This document shows, piece after piece, positions 36,127-44,549 of a DNA stretch of 64,000 nt (its first letter is position 1; each line of letters begins with the position of its first letter). Location: the IMG/VR virus record IMGVR_UViG_3300021376_000010; one strand, 5' to 3'. This DNA comes from a virus. Position numbers and translations under genes: made by a program. The notes below the pieces were generated by a model, which was given only the letters and a program-made list of their open reading frames with translations, was not told the origin of the DNA and ran no database searches.

Positions 36127-36386
36127 CGTGTAAGTTCTAGATATTTGTCTATCAAGGTTTTGTTTGGTTCAACAATCGTCAGAATTTTTTCTGAACTAAT
36201 CATCATCTCATTAACATCTGTATATTTTTCTATCCATGAAGATAGTTCATTCTCACCAGAAACTAAAAAGGGATTCGTTAGCTTACAATTTGGTTCACCA
36301 AAATCAACTACAAGTTCTTCTATTTCAGATATCAGGAATGTATTGTTCATTAATAGAATCAACATTATCGTTTTGTTCGTTTCCAT
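36123..36386 (-). CDS. hypothetical protein (Sm-like)
   Basis: ORF track; GEPNCKLTNPF, KILTIVEP. Confidence 0.7.
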   Translation of the reverse strand: METNKTIMLILLMNNTFLISEIEELVVDFGEPNCKLTNPFLVSGENELSSWIEKYTDVNEMMISSEKILTIVEPNKTLIDKYLELTR

Positions 36387-36678
36387 TCATTCTCTCCTCA
36401 TAAGATTTTTTTACCATCTCCACTGGTTCAACAATAGTCACAATCCAATCTTTTTTTATTGGTATGTTTTTATCAAATGACAAAGGCATCCAGGGATAAA
36501 AAGCAATTTTATATTCATGCTCTTTTTCACTTTCAAGCAGTACTTGAGGTGAAATCAATTTAACAACTACTGGGTTTGAAAAGATTAATGATACTACGTT
36601 TCCGTCATCATCAACCAATTCTTTAATGTCTGCTACAACATCTTCCCCAGATTTAAGTACAGCAAGTTTAACAGTCAT
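36325..36678 (-). CDS. hypothetical protein (Sm-like)
   Basis: VKLAVLKSGEDVVAD, PWMPLS, DWIVTIVEP. Confidence 0.75.
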   Translation of the reverse strand: MTVKLAVLKSGEDVVADIKELVDDDGNVVSLIFSNPVVVKLISPQVLLESEKEHEYKIAFYPWMPLSFDKNIPIKKDWIVTIVEPVEMVKKSYEERMNGNEQNDNVDSINEQYIPDI

Positions 36679-36699
36679 GTTTTTTATTTACCTCAAAAA

Positions 36700-36728
36700 A
36701 TTATAGCAACAAAAAAGAGAGGTGTCAA
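36700..36728 (-). promoter_or_regulatory. consensus sigma70 promoter overlapping a terminator
   Basis: TTGACA-N17-TATAAT with extended TG. Confidence 0.8.
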
Positions 36729-36753
36729 CTGGAAGTTGCCAGTTACCTCTCTT
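36711..36753 (-). terminator. intrinsic terminator
   Basis: AAGAGAGGT-AACTGG..CCAGTT..ACCTCTCTT + T run. Confidence 0.75.
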
Positions 36754-36781
36754 AAAATGCGCCGACGATATTCCGTTCTAT

Positions 36782-37216
36782 TTATAGATAATCCTTTCTC
36801 TTATGATACTCTGGAACAATCCTGCCCAAAGTAACAGTGAGAAGTCCATCCTCAAACTCCACTGCTCGCACTTCTGTATCATCCGAGAGTGTCCAGACTC
36901 TTGTAAAACTTCTTTGTGCTAGACCTTTGTGAAGATAGTTTGATTCTGTCTCTTTATCTTCTTTTTGTCCCTCTACAAAGAGTTTGCCATCTTGTGTATA
37001 GACAAAGACCTCTTTCTTTCTAAATCCTGCGAGAGCAATCTCAAGTCGTGATTCTACATTACTGACTTGGACTAAATTATACGGGGGATAGTTGGAAGTC
37101 GTTTCGTGTAGGTGAAAGAGACGGTCAAAGTATTCATCCATTCCGATAGAGTTGCGAGTAATCTTTTCCATCAGTGCAGGAAGATCCGCAGCAGTATACC
37201 TTGTTAGGTTAGTCAT
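36782..37216 (-). CDS. small heat-shock protein Hsp20 (start ATG 37216)
   Basis: NYPPYN, EIALAGF, YLHKGLAQRSF, FEDGLL. Confidence 0.93.
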   Translation of the reverse strand: MTNLTRYTAADLPALMEKITRNSIGMDEYFDRLFHLHETTSNYPPYNLVQVSNVESRLEIALAGFRKKEVFVYTQDGKLFVEGQKEDKETESNYLHKGLAQRSFTRVWTLSDDTEVRAVEFEDGLLTVTLGRIVPEYHKRKDYL

Positions 37217-37223
37217 TATAGTA

Positions 37224-37269
37224 GCTCCTTTAAAAGCGAGTTTGTGTTTTGTGGACCCCGAAGGCATCC
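37224..37269 (-). promoter_or_regulatory. hsp20 leader: UUCG hairpin plus SD-sequestering hairpin (thermometer candidate)
   Basis: GGATGCC-TTCG-GGGTCC and GCTTTT-AA-AGGAGC. Confidence 0.5.
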
Positions 37270-37292
37270 TAAAAATATATAGCAGAAATCAA

Positions 37293-37318
37293 TAAAAAAG
37301 AGAGGTTCGGACCTCCCT
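37293..37318 (-). terminator. intrinsic terminator after regA
   Basis: AGGGAGGT-CCGA-ACCTCTCT + T run. Confidence 0.7.
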
Positions 37319-37324
37319 AAAAAA

Positions 37325-37768
37325 TCATTCGGTTTCTTCTTCACCTCTTTTTTTCTTAGCACCAATATTGTATTTTGTTTCCAAAATCCAATCACCTTTG
37401 TCTTTGAAAGATAAAACTTTAATTTGATTCAAAGGTGCAATATCAGAAATTTTATTCAAATCTACTACAGTAATCAGACCCCAATCAGCAAGTAGATGAG
37501 TGATTCTATTACGACGTTGTACATCATTAACAGTTAAGTTTGCTGGTTTTCCATCCAAAGCAAACAACTCTTTAAAATGCACAAGATAATACTTACCCTG
37601 CTTATGCAGAATATGGCAAGATTGATAGATTTTCTTTTCCTTTCTTGAAGCAACTCCGATACGGGTCAAAGTCTCACGAACTTTAAGAAAGTCATCTGGT
37701 TCATTCAGAATAACTTCCACCATTTGGTCAGGAGTCCATTTCACTTCAGGTTCTTGAACGACGCTCAT
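37325..37768 (-). CDS. regA: translational repressor RegA
   Basis: DFLKVRETLTRIG, QSCHILHKQGKYY, HFKELF. Confidence 0.96.
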   Translation of the reverse strand: MSVVQEPEVKWTPDQMVEVILNEPDDFLKVRETLTRIGVASRKEKKIYQSCHILHKQGKYYLVHFKELFALDGKPANLTVNDVQRRNRITHLLADWGLITVVDLNKISDIAPLNQIKVLSFKDKGDWILETKYNIGAKKKRGEEETE

Positions 37769-38151
37769 TTTGTTCCTCCAATATCAAGTTTTTGTTTAAT
37801 AAAATTAATTTGTTCTTTACTAAGAATTTTCAAAGCCTGTTCTGCCTTTTCATTACTATATCCATAGTAAGATTTGACGTAATCAATATCTTTGATTTTT
37901 TCTTTTTTGACCCAAGGAGAAAATCTCTTCTTGATTCTGATTATATTTATAAAAAAGTCATACTGAAGTTTTTTATCCAGATGATTATACAAATTCATTT
38001 CATTGGCATACATAATGCAATCAATGTGTCCAGATAGACAACGGTTAATAATATAAGGAGGATATTCTTTTTCAGATAAAGGATTTTCATCCATTATATT
38101 ATCTTTTGTTTGATTAATTGTGTTTAACCAATCCTTCAACTCTGTGCTCAT
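37765..38151 (-). CDS. g62: clamp loader small subunit gp62
   Basis: YPPYIINR, ANEMN, YYGYS..KA. Confidence 0.92.
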   Translation of the reverse strand: MSTELKDWLNTINQTKDNIMDENPLSEKEYPPYIINRCLSGHIDCIMYANEMNLYNHLDKKLQYDFFINIIRIKKRFSPWVKKEKIKDIDYVKSYYGYSNEKAEQALKILSKEQINFIKQKLDIGGTK

Positions 38152-39092
38152 TTAAATTTGCACTCCACCATAATTTCAGTCAAAGCAGCAAGAAGATTTA
38201 TTTCTTGATCTGCCACAAATGCTGCCTGATACTGATACTTAGCAACAATGAGAACAGCAGCAGCAATAGAAGGACCATCAAGGGTTTCATAACAAGCATC
38301 GTAAACACGACGCAGAAGTACACCAGAATCATTGTCCAGATTACTGACGACCCACTTACGTACTTCAGGAAAGTTTTTTTCTTTAAGATTTCTAATAAGT
38401 TCATCAGTTTTTACTTCCGAAAAAGTAGAAAGAATACCCGAATCAATTTCTCCACTAACTGAGTATCTTTGACATTCGTTAAGGACTCGTCTCCAGTCTG
38501 GAAAGTACTTATTGATAAGTTCTGCAAGTACTTTTTCTTGGTATTTGATTCCTTCATCATCCAAGACTTGTTGCAATCTTCGAAAGAATTGACCTGCAAT
38601 TTGTGGTTTTTGTTTCCCTTGTATTGAAAACTCGACGACTGCACATCGGGAATGAAGTGGTTCAATAATTTTGTTTTTATAGTTACAGGTGAAGATGAAC
38701 CGACAATTGCCACTAAATTCCTCAGTAAACGCCCGTAGGAGGAGTTGTACATCGTTGGTTGTGTTATCTGCCTCATCAATGATGATGACTTTGTGTTTAG
38801 CAGTTGACGAAAGTGAGACGGTCGAAGCGAAGTTCTTCGCATTGTTTCTGACAGTATCGAGGAATCTACCCTCATCGGATCCATTAATGACATAAAAATC
38901 TACTCCAAGTTCATTACAGAGTGCCTTAGCAACTGTAGTCTTGCCACATCCAGCAGGTCCAGCAAGAAGTAAATTGGGCACTTCACCTTTATTTAGAAAA
39001 TCTCTAAATGTTTTCTTATTATTCTCTGGAAGAATACAATCTTCAATCGTTTTGGGTCGATATTTTTCGACCCACAAAAAATCATTTCTCAT
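38148..39092 (-). CDS. g44: clamp loader large subunit gp44
   Basis: WVEKYRP, GPAGCGKT, IIDEAD, LHSRC. Confidence 0.96.
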   Translation of the reverse strand: MRNDFLWVEKYRPKTIEDCILPENNKKTFRDFLNKGEVPNLLLAGPAGCGKTTVAKALCNELGVDFYVINGSDEGRFLDTVRNNAKNFASTVSLSSTAKHKVIIIDEADNTTNDVQLLLRAFTEEFSGNCRFIFTCNYKNKIIEPLHSRCAVVEFSIQGKQKPQIAGQFFRRLQQVLDDEGIKYQEKVLAELINKYFPDWRRVLNECQRYSVSGEIDSGILSTFSEVKTDELIRNLKEKNFPEVRKWVVSNLDNDSGVLLRRVYDACYETLDGPSIAAAVLIVAKYQYQAAFVADQEINLLAALTEIMVECKFK

Positions 39093-39094
39093 AA

Positions 39095-39241
39095 TCAAAT
39101 AGGTTGAGGACCACCAATAATATTTGCAGATGGAATCTGTGCTTGAGCAATTCTTTTTGCTTGAGACTGACTATCTGCGTCAACAATGACTTCCAAATAA
39201 CGATTATCACCTGGAAGTTTATATTTTACTCTATATTTCAT
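39095..39241 (-). CDS. small protein, 48 aa (not in ORF track)
   Basis: MKYRVKYKLPGDNRYLEVIVDADSQSQAKRIAQAQIPSANIIGGPQPI; ATGA-coupled to g45. Confidence 0.65.
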   Translation of the reverse strand: MKYRVKYKLPGDNRYLEVIVDADSQSQAKRIAQAQIPSANIIGGPQPI

Positions 39242-39903
39242 CCAAAAGAAGAATCTGGTTCCAGTGCAATGTAATAATTCAGATTATATCTTTCATTGCT
39301 AAACTTAGACAATAGTTTCTTAGAAACAACTACATCATAAGTTCCTGGAATGATTTTGATGTTTTCTACTTTAAAGTTAAAAACAAACTCATTAGTAGTT
39401 TCTCCAACGTCAATAGAAAACTCATTTGACGTGTCGTTTTTCTTGTCACGAACAACAAGACGAATTACTCCGTTTTCACCAACAGCAGATAGGTCAGGAA
39501 GTTGATAAACTGCAGATGCTTTAATGAGTTTATCAAGTTGTGAATGCTCCAATTGGAAACAAACATCTTGAGAAGGAAGTTTAAGTTCTTTTTCTGGAGG
39601 TGTGACAATCACCTCAGGGTCAGCAAAGAAGTATTTTACCTTTCTCTTACCTTCACTAATTACAATATAAGATTCATTAGTAAAATTCAAATCTGGGTCT
39701 TGGTGAAGACTGAGACCATTCAGAAATTGATTAAGGTCATAAATGGCAAAGTCTTTGGTGAATTGTTCCTTGACATCTGCCTCTGCTAGAATATTTTTCA
39801 TAACAGAAATAGTTCTAAGTTTAGAACCAGATTTAACCAAAATAGATTGATTAATTGAAGCAAAGTTCTTTAGTACAGTAATCGTTTCAGCAGAAAGTTT
39901 CAT
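39238..39903 (-). CDS. g45: sliding clamp gp45
   Basis: MKLS.ET..LKNFASINQS, FAIYDLNQFL, YYIALE. Confidence 0.95.
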   Translation of the reverse strand: MKLSAETITVLKNFASINQSILVKSGSKLRTISVMKNILAEADVKEQFTKDFAIYDLNQFLNGLSLHQDPDLNFTNESYIVISEGKRKVKYFFADPEVIVTPPEKELKLPSQDVCFQLEHSQLDKLIKASAVYQLPDLSAVGENGVIRLVVRDKKNDTSNEFSIDVGETTNEFVFNFKVENIKIIPGTYDVVVSKKLLSKFSNERYNLNYYIALEPDSSFG

Positions 39904-39917
39904 ATCAGAATTTAATC

Positions 39918-40469
39918 TCACTTGTTTTCAATAAGGTTCAGATGATTAATCAAAAGAATAGTATAGTGCAGAACTTTAAACAAGTCTTGCCTTGGGGTTC
40001 CTTTAGTATCATAACGGTCAATATATTTTGTTACATTGCCAGCACAAAATCCTTCACGTCGATTGTGCTTGATTTTATCTAGTGTTTGCTCCGTTCCATT
40101 TCCAGTCCTATCAACATAGTGTTGTCCATATGTTCCTTTAATGTATTCTTCCAACTGCTTCAGAATTTTATCTTCATTGTATTTCCAAAAACCATTATTA
40201 TTTTCTTTATTCATATTTTGATTAGTTGTAAAAGAAATTGTATCAGGGGAATAAGCACCTGGATTTCCAGTAAGACTAAATCCATCTTCATACCAGAATG
40301 CTTGACTAGGATGATCTGCTGGATAGATTGTATCACCACCACTTGCACCAACTACCGTATCACCACTAAAGGTAAATACATCATTAGCACCTGGTGGTGT
40401 ATTTACCTCGTTTTGGGCAGGAAGATTGTCGGTTTTGATTGTAAATGTAGTAAAATTACTGCTGTCCAT
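39918..40469 (-). CDS. DUF3310-like protein with N-terminal extension
   Basis: TYGQHY..GFCAGNVTKY..RY..K..DLFK.LHY. Confidence 0.65.
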   Translation of the reverse strand: MDSSNFTTFTIKTDNLPAQNEVNTPPGANDVFTFSGDTVVGASGGDTIYPADHPSQAFWYEDGFSLTGNPGAYSPDTISFTTNQNMNKENNNGFWKYNEDKILKQLEEYIKGTYGQHYVDRTGNGTEQTLDKIKHNRREGFCAGNVTKYIDRYDTKGTPRQDLFKVLHYTILLINHLNLIENK

Positions 40470-40492
40470 AATAAAAATTTTGTCTCCATATC

Positions 40493-40520
40493 AGTATACC
40501 AGATTGAAAAAATTAGTCAA
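40493..40520 (-). promoter_or_regulatory. sigma70-like promoter
   Basis: TTGACT-N16-TATACT. Confidence 0.5.
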
Positions 40521-42235
40521 GAAACTATTTTGCTGAATCCCTTGATTTTTTCTACCTTTATGACTCTATCAAACAAATCAATCATCTCATCAGTTTTATG
40601 GGAGATAACCAAAATATTTGAGTCAGTAATAATATATCTTATAATTTTTGTAAAATATTCAATTCCAGTTCCATCAAGAGAACTATCAAATACCTCATCA
40701 AGGATTAATAGATTTGTTCTAATCGAATTTTTCATTCTTGCAATATCTCTCCAAGTGAAAAGAAGTGCAAGATTTATTCTCATTTTTTCTCCTTCACTAA
40801 AAGATTCATAACTAAAATCTTCGTGAATTGGGGATTTTACATTTTCATTAAACTCCTCATCAAGTGTAAAGTTAATGTAGAAGTCCATCATCTGCAAATA
40901 TTTGTTTATTTGCTGATTCATTATTGGGAGATATTTTTGAATTATCTTTGCCTTAACTCCACCATCTTTCAATAATGTTTGAGAGAAGTCATAATAAACA
41001 TTAAGTTCTTTATATTTTGCTCTATCTTCCTCAAGTTTAGATAAAGTTTTTTCTAATTGTTTTAACTTGCTTCTTTCAGAATTTTTATCTTCATCTTTTG
41101 ATTTAAGTTCTTGAATTTCTTGTTGTAGTTCTCTGGTTTGTCTATTAAATTGAGAAATCTTAACGTTGTTGTTAGATACTTCATTGTTTAAAGTTAGAAT
41201 TTGTCTAGAAACTTGATTGAATTTTTTTTCTCTATCCTCTTCTTCAAGGATTGATTTTTTTAATTCAATACAACCTTTCTCTAATTCATTTAATTTTTCC
41301 TCACATTCTCCAACCTTATTTAATCTAAAACTTTCTTCTATTTTTTGCGTACAGGTTGGGCATTCCGAACTATGTCCAAAGAAGTCTTTCTGCTCGTTAA
41401 TTGTATTAAGTTTTTCCTGAATTTTTATCTTCAGTGAGGATAACTGTTTAAGTTTTTTTGTGCATGAAGATAATTCATCAGACTCTAATTGTAAGTCTAA
41501 TTTTATTTTATCTTGCTTTTCTTTATTGTCTTGCTCTATCTCTTTTATTTTAGATTCAATTTCATTTATTTTATTCTCTTTATTTTCTACTTGTTTCTTT
41601 ATATCATTTTCTATGCTTTCAATGAATTGCTTTTGCATTTCAATTTTTTCTCCAGTCATCTGATGTGTGACTGTTACTTCTTTTATCTTGTCACTTGTGT
41701 TTTTTATTTTTTCTTTGACTATAGAATTCATTGAAGAGAATATTCTAATATCAAGTAAATCCTCGACAATTTCTCGTCTATTTGCTGTTGATAATTGCAT
41801 GAATGGGACAAAAGATGCACTTCCCAATATAACAATCTGAGTAAAAGATTTAAAATTTAACTTTAATACTTGTTTTTCCAACCAATCTTGTTGGTCGTTG
41901 TTTGATGCCAACTGATTGATAAGTTGGCCATCTCTATGAATCTCAAATATAGATGGTTTTATTCCTCTTCTAATCATCCATTTAGAAGATGCTGTATTGA
42001 ATTCTACCTCAACTACACAGTCCTTTTCATTTGTAGAATTAATTAACTGGTTTTTGGTAATCTTTCTAAATGCTTTATTGAACAAAACAAAGCACAAAGC
42101 ATCAAGAAGAGTAGATTTACCACTTCCATTTCCACCAATAATTAATGTGGTATTAGATTGCTTTAAATTTATTTCGGTAAAGTTATTTCCTGTTGATAAA
42201 AAATTACGAAATCTTATTTTGTCGAAAATAATCAT
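40517..42235 (-). CDS. g46: recombination endonuclease ATPase subunit gp46 (Rad50/SbcC-like)
   Basis: GGNGSGKS, CPTC hook, FSEGE, LDEVFD. Confidence 0.96.
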   Translation of the reverse strand: MIIFDKIRFRNFLSTGNNFTEINLKQSNTTLIIGGNGSGKSTLLDALCFVLFNKAFRKITKNQLINSTNEKDCVVEVEFNTASSKWMIRRGIKPSIFEIHRDGQLINQLASNNDQQDWLEKQVLKLNFKSFTQIVILGSASFVPFMQLSTANRREIVEDLLDIRIFSSMNSIVKEKIKNTSDKIKEVTVTHQMTGEKIEMQKQFIESIENDIKKQVENKENKINEIESKIKEIEQDNKEKQDKIKLDLQLESDELSSCTKKLKQLSSLKIKIQEKLNTINEQKDFFGHSSECPTCTQKIEESFRLNKVGECEEKLNELEKGCIELKKSILEEEDREKKFNQVSRQILTLNNEVSNNNVKISQFNRQTRELQQEIQELKSKDEDKNSERSKLKQLEKTLSKLEEDRAKYKELNVYYDFSQTLLKDGGVKAKIIQKYLPIMNQQINKYLQMMDFYINFTLDEEFNENVKSPIHEDFSYESFSEGEKMRINLALLFTWRDIARMKNSIRTNLLILDEVFDSSLDGTGIEYFTKIIRYIITDSNILVISHKTDEMIDLFDRVIKVEKIKGFSKIVS

Positions 42236-42491
42236 TTGTTCTTGGAGGAATTACAAAGTCATTATTAGTGATTATAACATAACTATAGTCATGTACTTCA
42301 CATGTTTTAACTGCTAAATCACCATCAACCTCTATAACAGACATTGGTGGATAATCTTCTGCTTCTAATAAACCAGCATATCTTTCTGCGTCATCTTCTT
42401 CTTCAAAAAAATATACATACTGCTCTCCATCTTCATTTAGGACAGCATAAGCACCTTCATCTTCTTGCCCTTTGATTGTTAATATGTACAT
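42204..42491 (-). CDS. conserved hypothetical protein
   Basis: EGAYAV, FEEEDDAERY. Confidence 0.75.
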   Translation of the reverse strand: MYILTIKGQEDEGAYAVLNEDGEQYVYFFEEEDDAERYAGLLEAEDYPPMSVIEVDGDLAVKTCEVHDYSYVIITNNDFVIPPRTNDYFRQNKIS

Positions 42492-42522
42492 CAGATGGGT
42501 AAGTAATATTATTTTTATTTAT

Positions 42523-43566
42523 TTACTCAATCTCTAATGCTTCATCGTAAATATCTTTTATGATTTTTTTTACGATTTCTTTGTTCAATTGAAATTCAGA
42601 CTCTTCGACATACCCATTCAAAATACTTAGGGTATCTTCTATTTCTGTTTCACTATATTGATAATTTGAATCATCAATATCTAATATTTCAGAAACCTTT
42701 AGTTCCAAAAAAGGAATTTTTGTTAGGTTATCCAAAAAAAAATCATATTGCTTTTGATTAGATTTTTTCTTAACAATCAATTTTACTATCTTATCTTTGA
42801 GATTATCTACATCAATATCATCAAATTTACTGTCTTCATAGTAAATTTTTTCAAATATTGTATAAGGATTTTCAATAAGTTTAGTTTTTAAAGTTTTTGT
42901 GTCAAAAATACTAAATCCTCTGGTGTCATTATAATCATTCCAGAACATTTGATATGGATTTCCAATATAAAAGATTTTCCCATCATCACTTCGAGTATGA
43001 TAATGTCCAGAAAAAACTTTTTTAAACTTACTGAATATCTGTTTATCTAAACCATGTGGTTGAGTTTGTCCAGGAAATACAAAAAACCCCTGCAATTCCA
43101 AATGCCCAAACACAACTTCTGATTCTGTAGATTCCAATAGAGAAAATATTTCTTCTTGGTTTTCTGAACAAATCCAAGGCAGAAGTAAAATATTTAATCC
43201 ATCAATTGTAACTTCTTTTGGTGAAGATATTTTTACGATATTTTTGTATTCATCCAATAAAATATCAATTGAATTTACTTCATTTGTATTTTTATAGTAG
43301 GTATCGTGATTACCAACTATGCTATAAACTTTGATATTTAACTTTTTGAATACATCATAAACATTTCTCTTTGCCCAATCTAATGCCCAATAATCAACCC
43401 CCTTTCGATTATCAAAAGCATCCCCAAGATGAATAACTGTTTTTATATTATTTTTTTCTAAGTAAGGAAAAAATATATCTCTATAAAATTTTGCAAAATA
43501 ATCATGGAAATTCTTATTTGCTTTTTTAAAATTATAATGAGTGTCAGTTATTAAAGCAACTTTCAT
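42523..43566 (-). CDS. g47: recombination endonuclease subunit gp47 (Mre11/SbcD-like)
   Basis: DTH, GD..D, GNHD, GHLE, SGHYH. Confidence 0.96.
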   Translation of the reverse strand: MKVALITDTHYNFKKANKNFHDYFAKFYRDIFFPYLEKNNIKTVIHLGDAFDNRKGVDYWALDWAKRNVYDVFKKLNIKVYSIVGNHDTYYKNTNEVNSIDILLDEYKNIVKISSPKEVTIDGLNILLLPWICSENQEEIFSLLESTESEVVFGHLELQGFFVFPGQTQPHGLDKQIFSKFKKVFSGHYHTRSDDGKIFYIGNPYQMFWNDYNDTRGFSIFDTKTLKTKLIENPYTIFEKIYYEDSKFDDIDVDNLKDKIVKLIVKKKSNQKQYDFFLDNLTKIPFLELKVSEILDIDDSNYQYSETEIEDTLSILNGYVEESEFQLNKEIVKKIIKDIYDEALEIE

Positions 43567-44033
43567 TGATACAGTTTAATTTGAATATTATCCTTAATGC
43601 TATTGTACTCGGAACTATTCATTCTGTCACCGTCAACAGAAAATACTTGGTCATAACCACTTCTTTCGATAATCTTTTCTTTTATTTCCATCTGCTTCTT
43701 CTCTTTGTGAATTCTTCTCAAGAATGCATAATACACAATTTGAGTAAAGTATGCAAATGGATTCGTTCTTTCTGTATCAAAATTATTGATGTAATGAACA
43801 CAGTTTTCAACTCCATCAGAAATCATGTCTTCCCTAAACATGTAGTTAACAAAGTTAGGACGATAGGAAAGGTGATTAGCAATTTTCAAGAAACAATCAC
43901 CAAGATAATTTGAAATCCTCGGGGGTGGTAGTCCTTTCTTTTTTGCTACGTCAACTTTCTTCTTATGTTCAATAAGTGCCAAATGAAATTCTTTGTTATT
44001 AACGTAATGGGGGTTTTTTCTTTCTTTGGTCAT
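43563..44033 (-). CDS. g55: late sigma factor gp55
   Basis: HYVNNKEF, RPNFVNY, DMISDG, NPFAYFTQI. Confidence 0.96.
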   Translation of the reverse strand: MTKERKNPHYVNNKEFHLALIEHKKKVDVAKKKGLPPPRISNYLGDCFLKIANHLSYRPNFVNYMFREDMISDGVENCVHYINNFDTERTNPFAYFTQIVYYAFLRRIHKEKKQMEIKEKIIERSGYDQVFSVDGDRMNSSEYNSIKDNIQIKLYQ

Positions 44034-44066
44034 TATTGGGTTGGTTAAGTTACATTTAATGTTTGT

Positions 44067-44096
44067 ATTATAACACTATTTTTCGAAAGTTGACAA
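44067..44096 (-). promoter_or_regulatory. sigma70-like promoter for g55
   Basis: TTGTCA-N18-TATAAT. Confidence 0.6.
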
Positions 44097-44134
44097 GGGT
44101 TCCGTTTATTGTGTAAAATAACTCTGTGGAGTTT
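44090..44134 (+). promoter_or_regulatory. divergent (antisense) sigma70-like promoter with the shared 22-nt element
   Basis: TTGACA-N18-TAAAAT-AACTCTGTGGAGTTT. Confidence 0.6.
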
Positions 44135-44151
44135 GATAGTTATACTATACC

Positions 44152-44541
44152 TTAATTTTGCTTATATAACTTCTCTAGATAAATTCTAGCATCGGCAATA
44201 GATGATAAGTATCCCATATCTGATGTTGGTTTAGATGTGTTAGATTCTTTGGTTCTTTTTTTAACATACTTGTTATACATTTTAAGAATATCCTCATCTG
44301 TTACTTCAGACATTGTTAATACTTTGTCCATGTTAATAATAAACATTGAATCATCAGTAAATTTAATCCAAGGATTGACTTTGACTCCAGTGAGACCAAA
44401 TTGTTTAAGATTAACAGATTCTATTGTAACAGGATTATCAAGTATCAACAATGTACGTTCGTCTTCTTCACAAGGACAGACCTTTGAAAATATTTCTTCT
44501 CCTGAAATTAATTTAATGACAGCATAAAACTCTTCTTCCAT
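44152..44541 (-). CDS. conserved hypothetical protein (Sm-like)
   Basis: IKLISGEEIF, PWIKF, YLEKLY. Confidence 0.8.
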   Translation of the reverse strand: MEEEFYAVIKLISGEEIFSKVCPCEEDERTLLILDNPVTIESVNLKQFGLTGVKVNPWIKFTDDSMFIINMDKVLTMSEVTDEDILKMYNKYVKKRTKESNTSKPTSDMGYLSSIADARIYLEKLYKQN

Positions 44542-44549
44542 GTTTATAA

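Noticed and set aside
29799-37216. mazG and hsp20 as novel auxiliary genes
   Set aside because: Both are near-core genes of T4-like cyanophages
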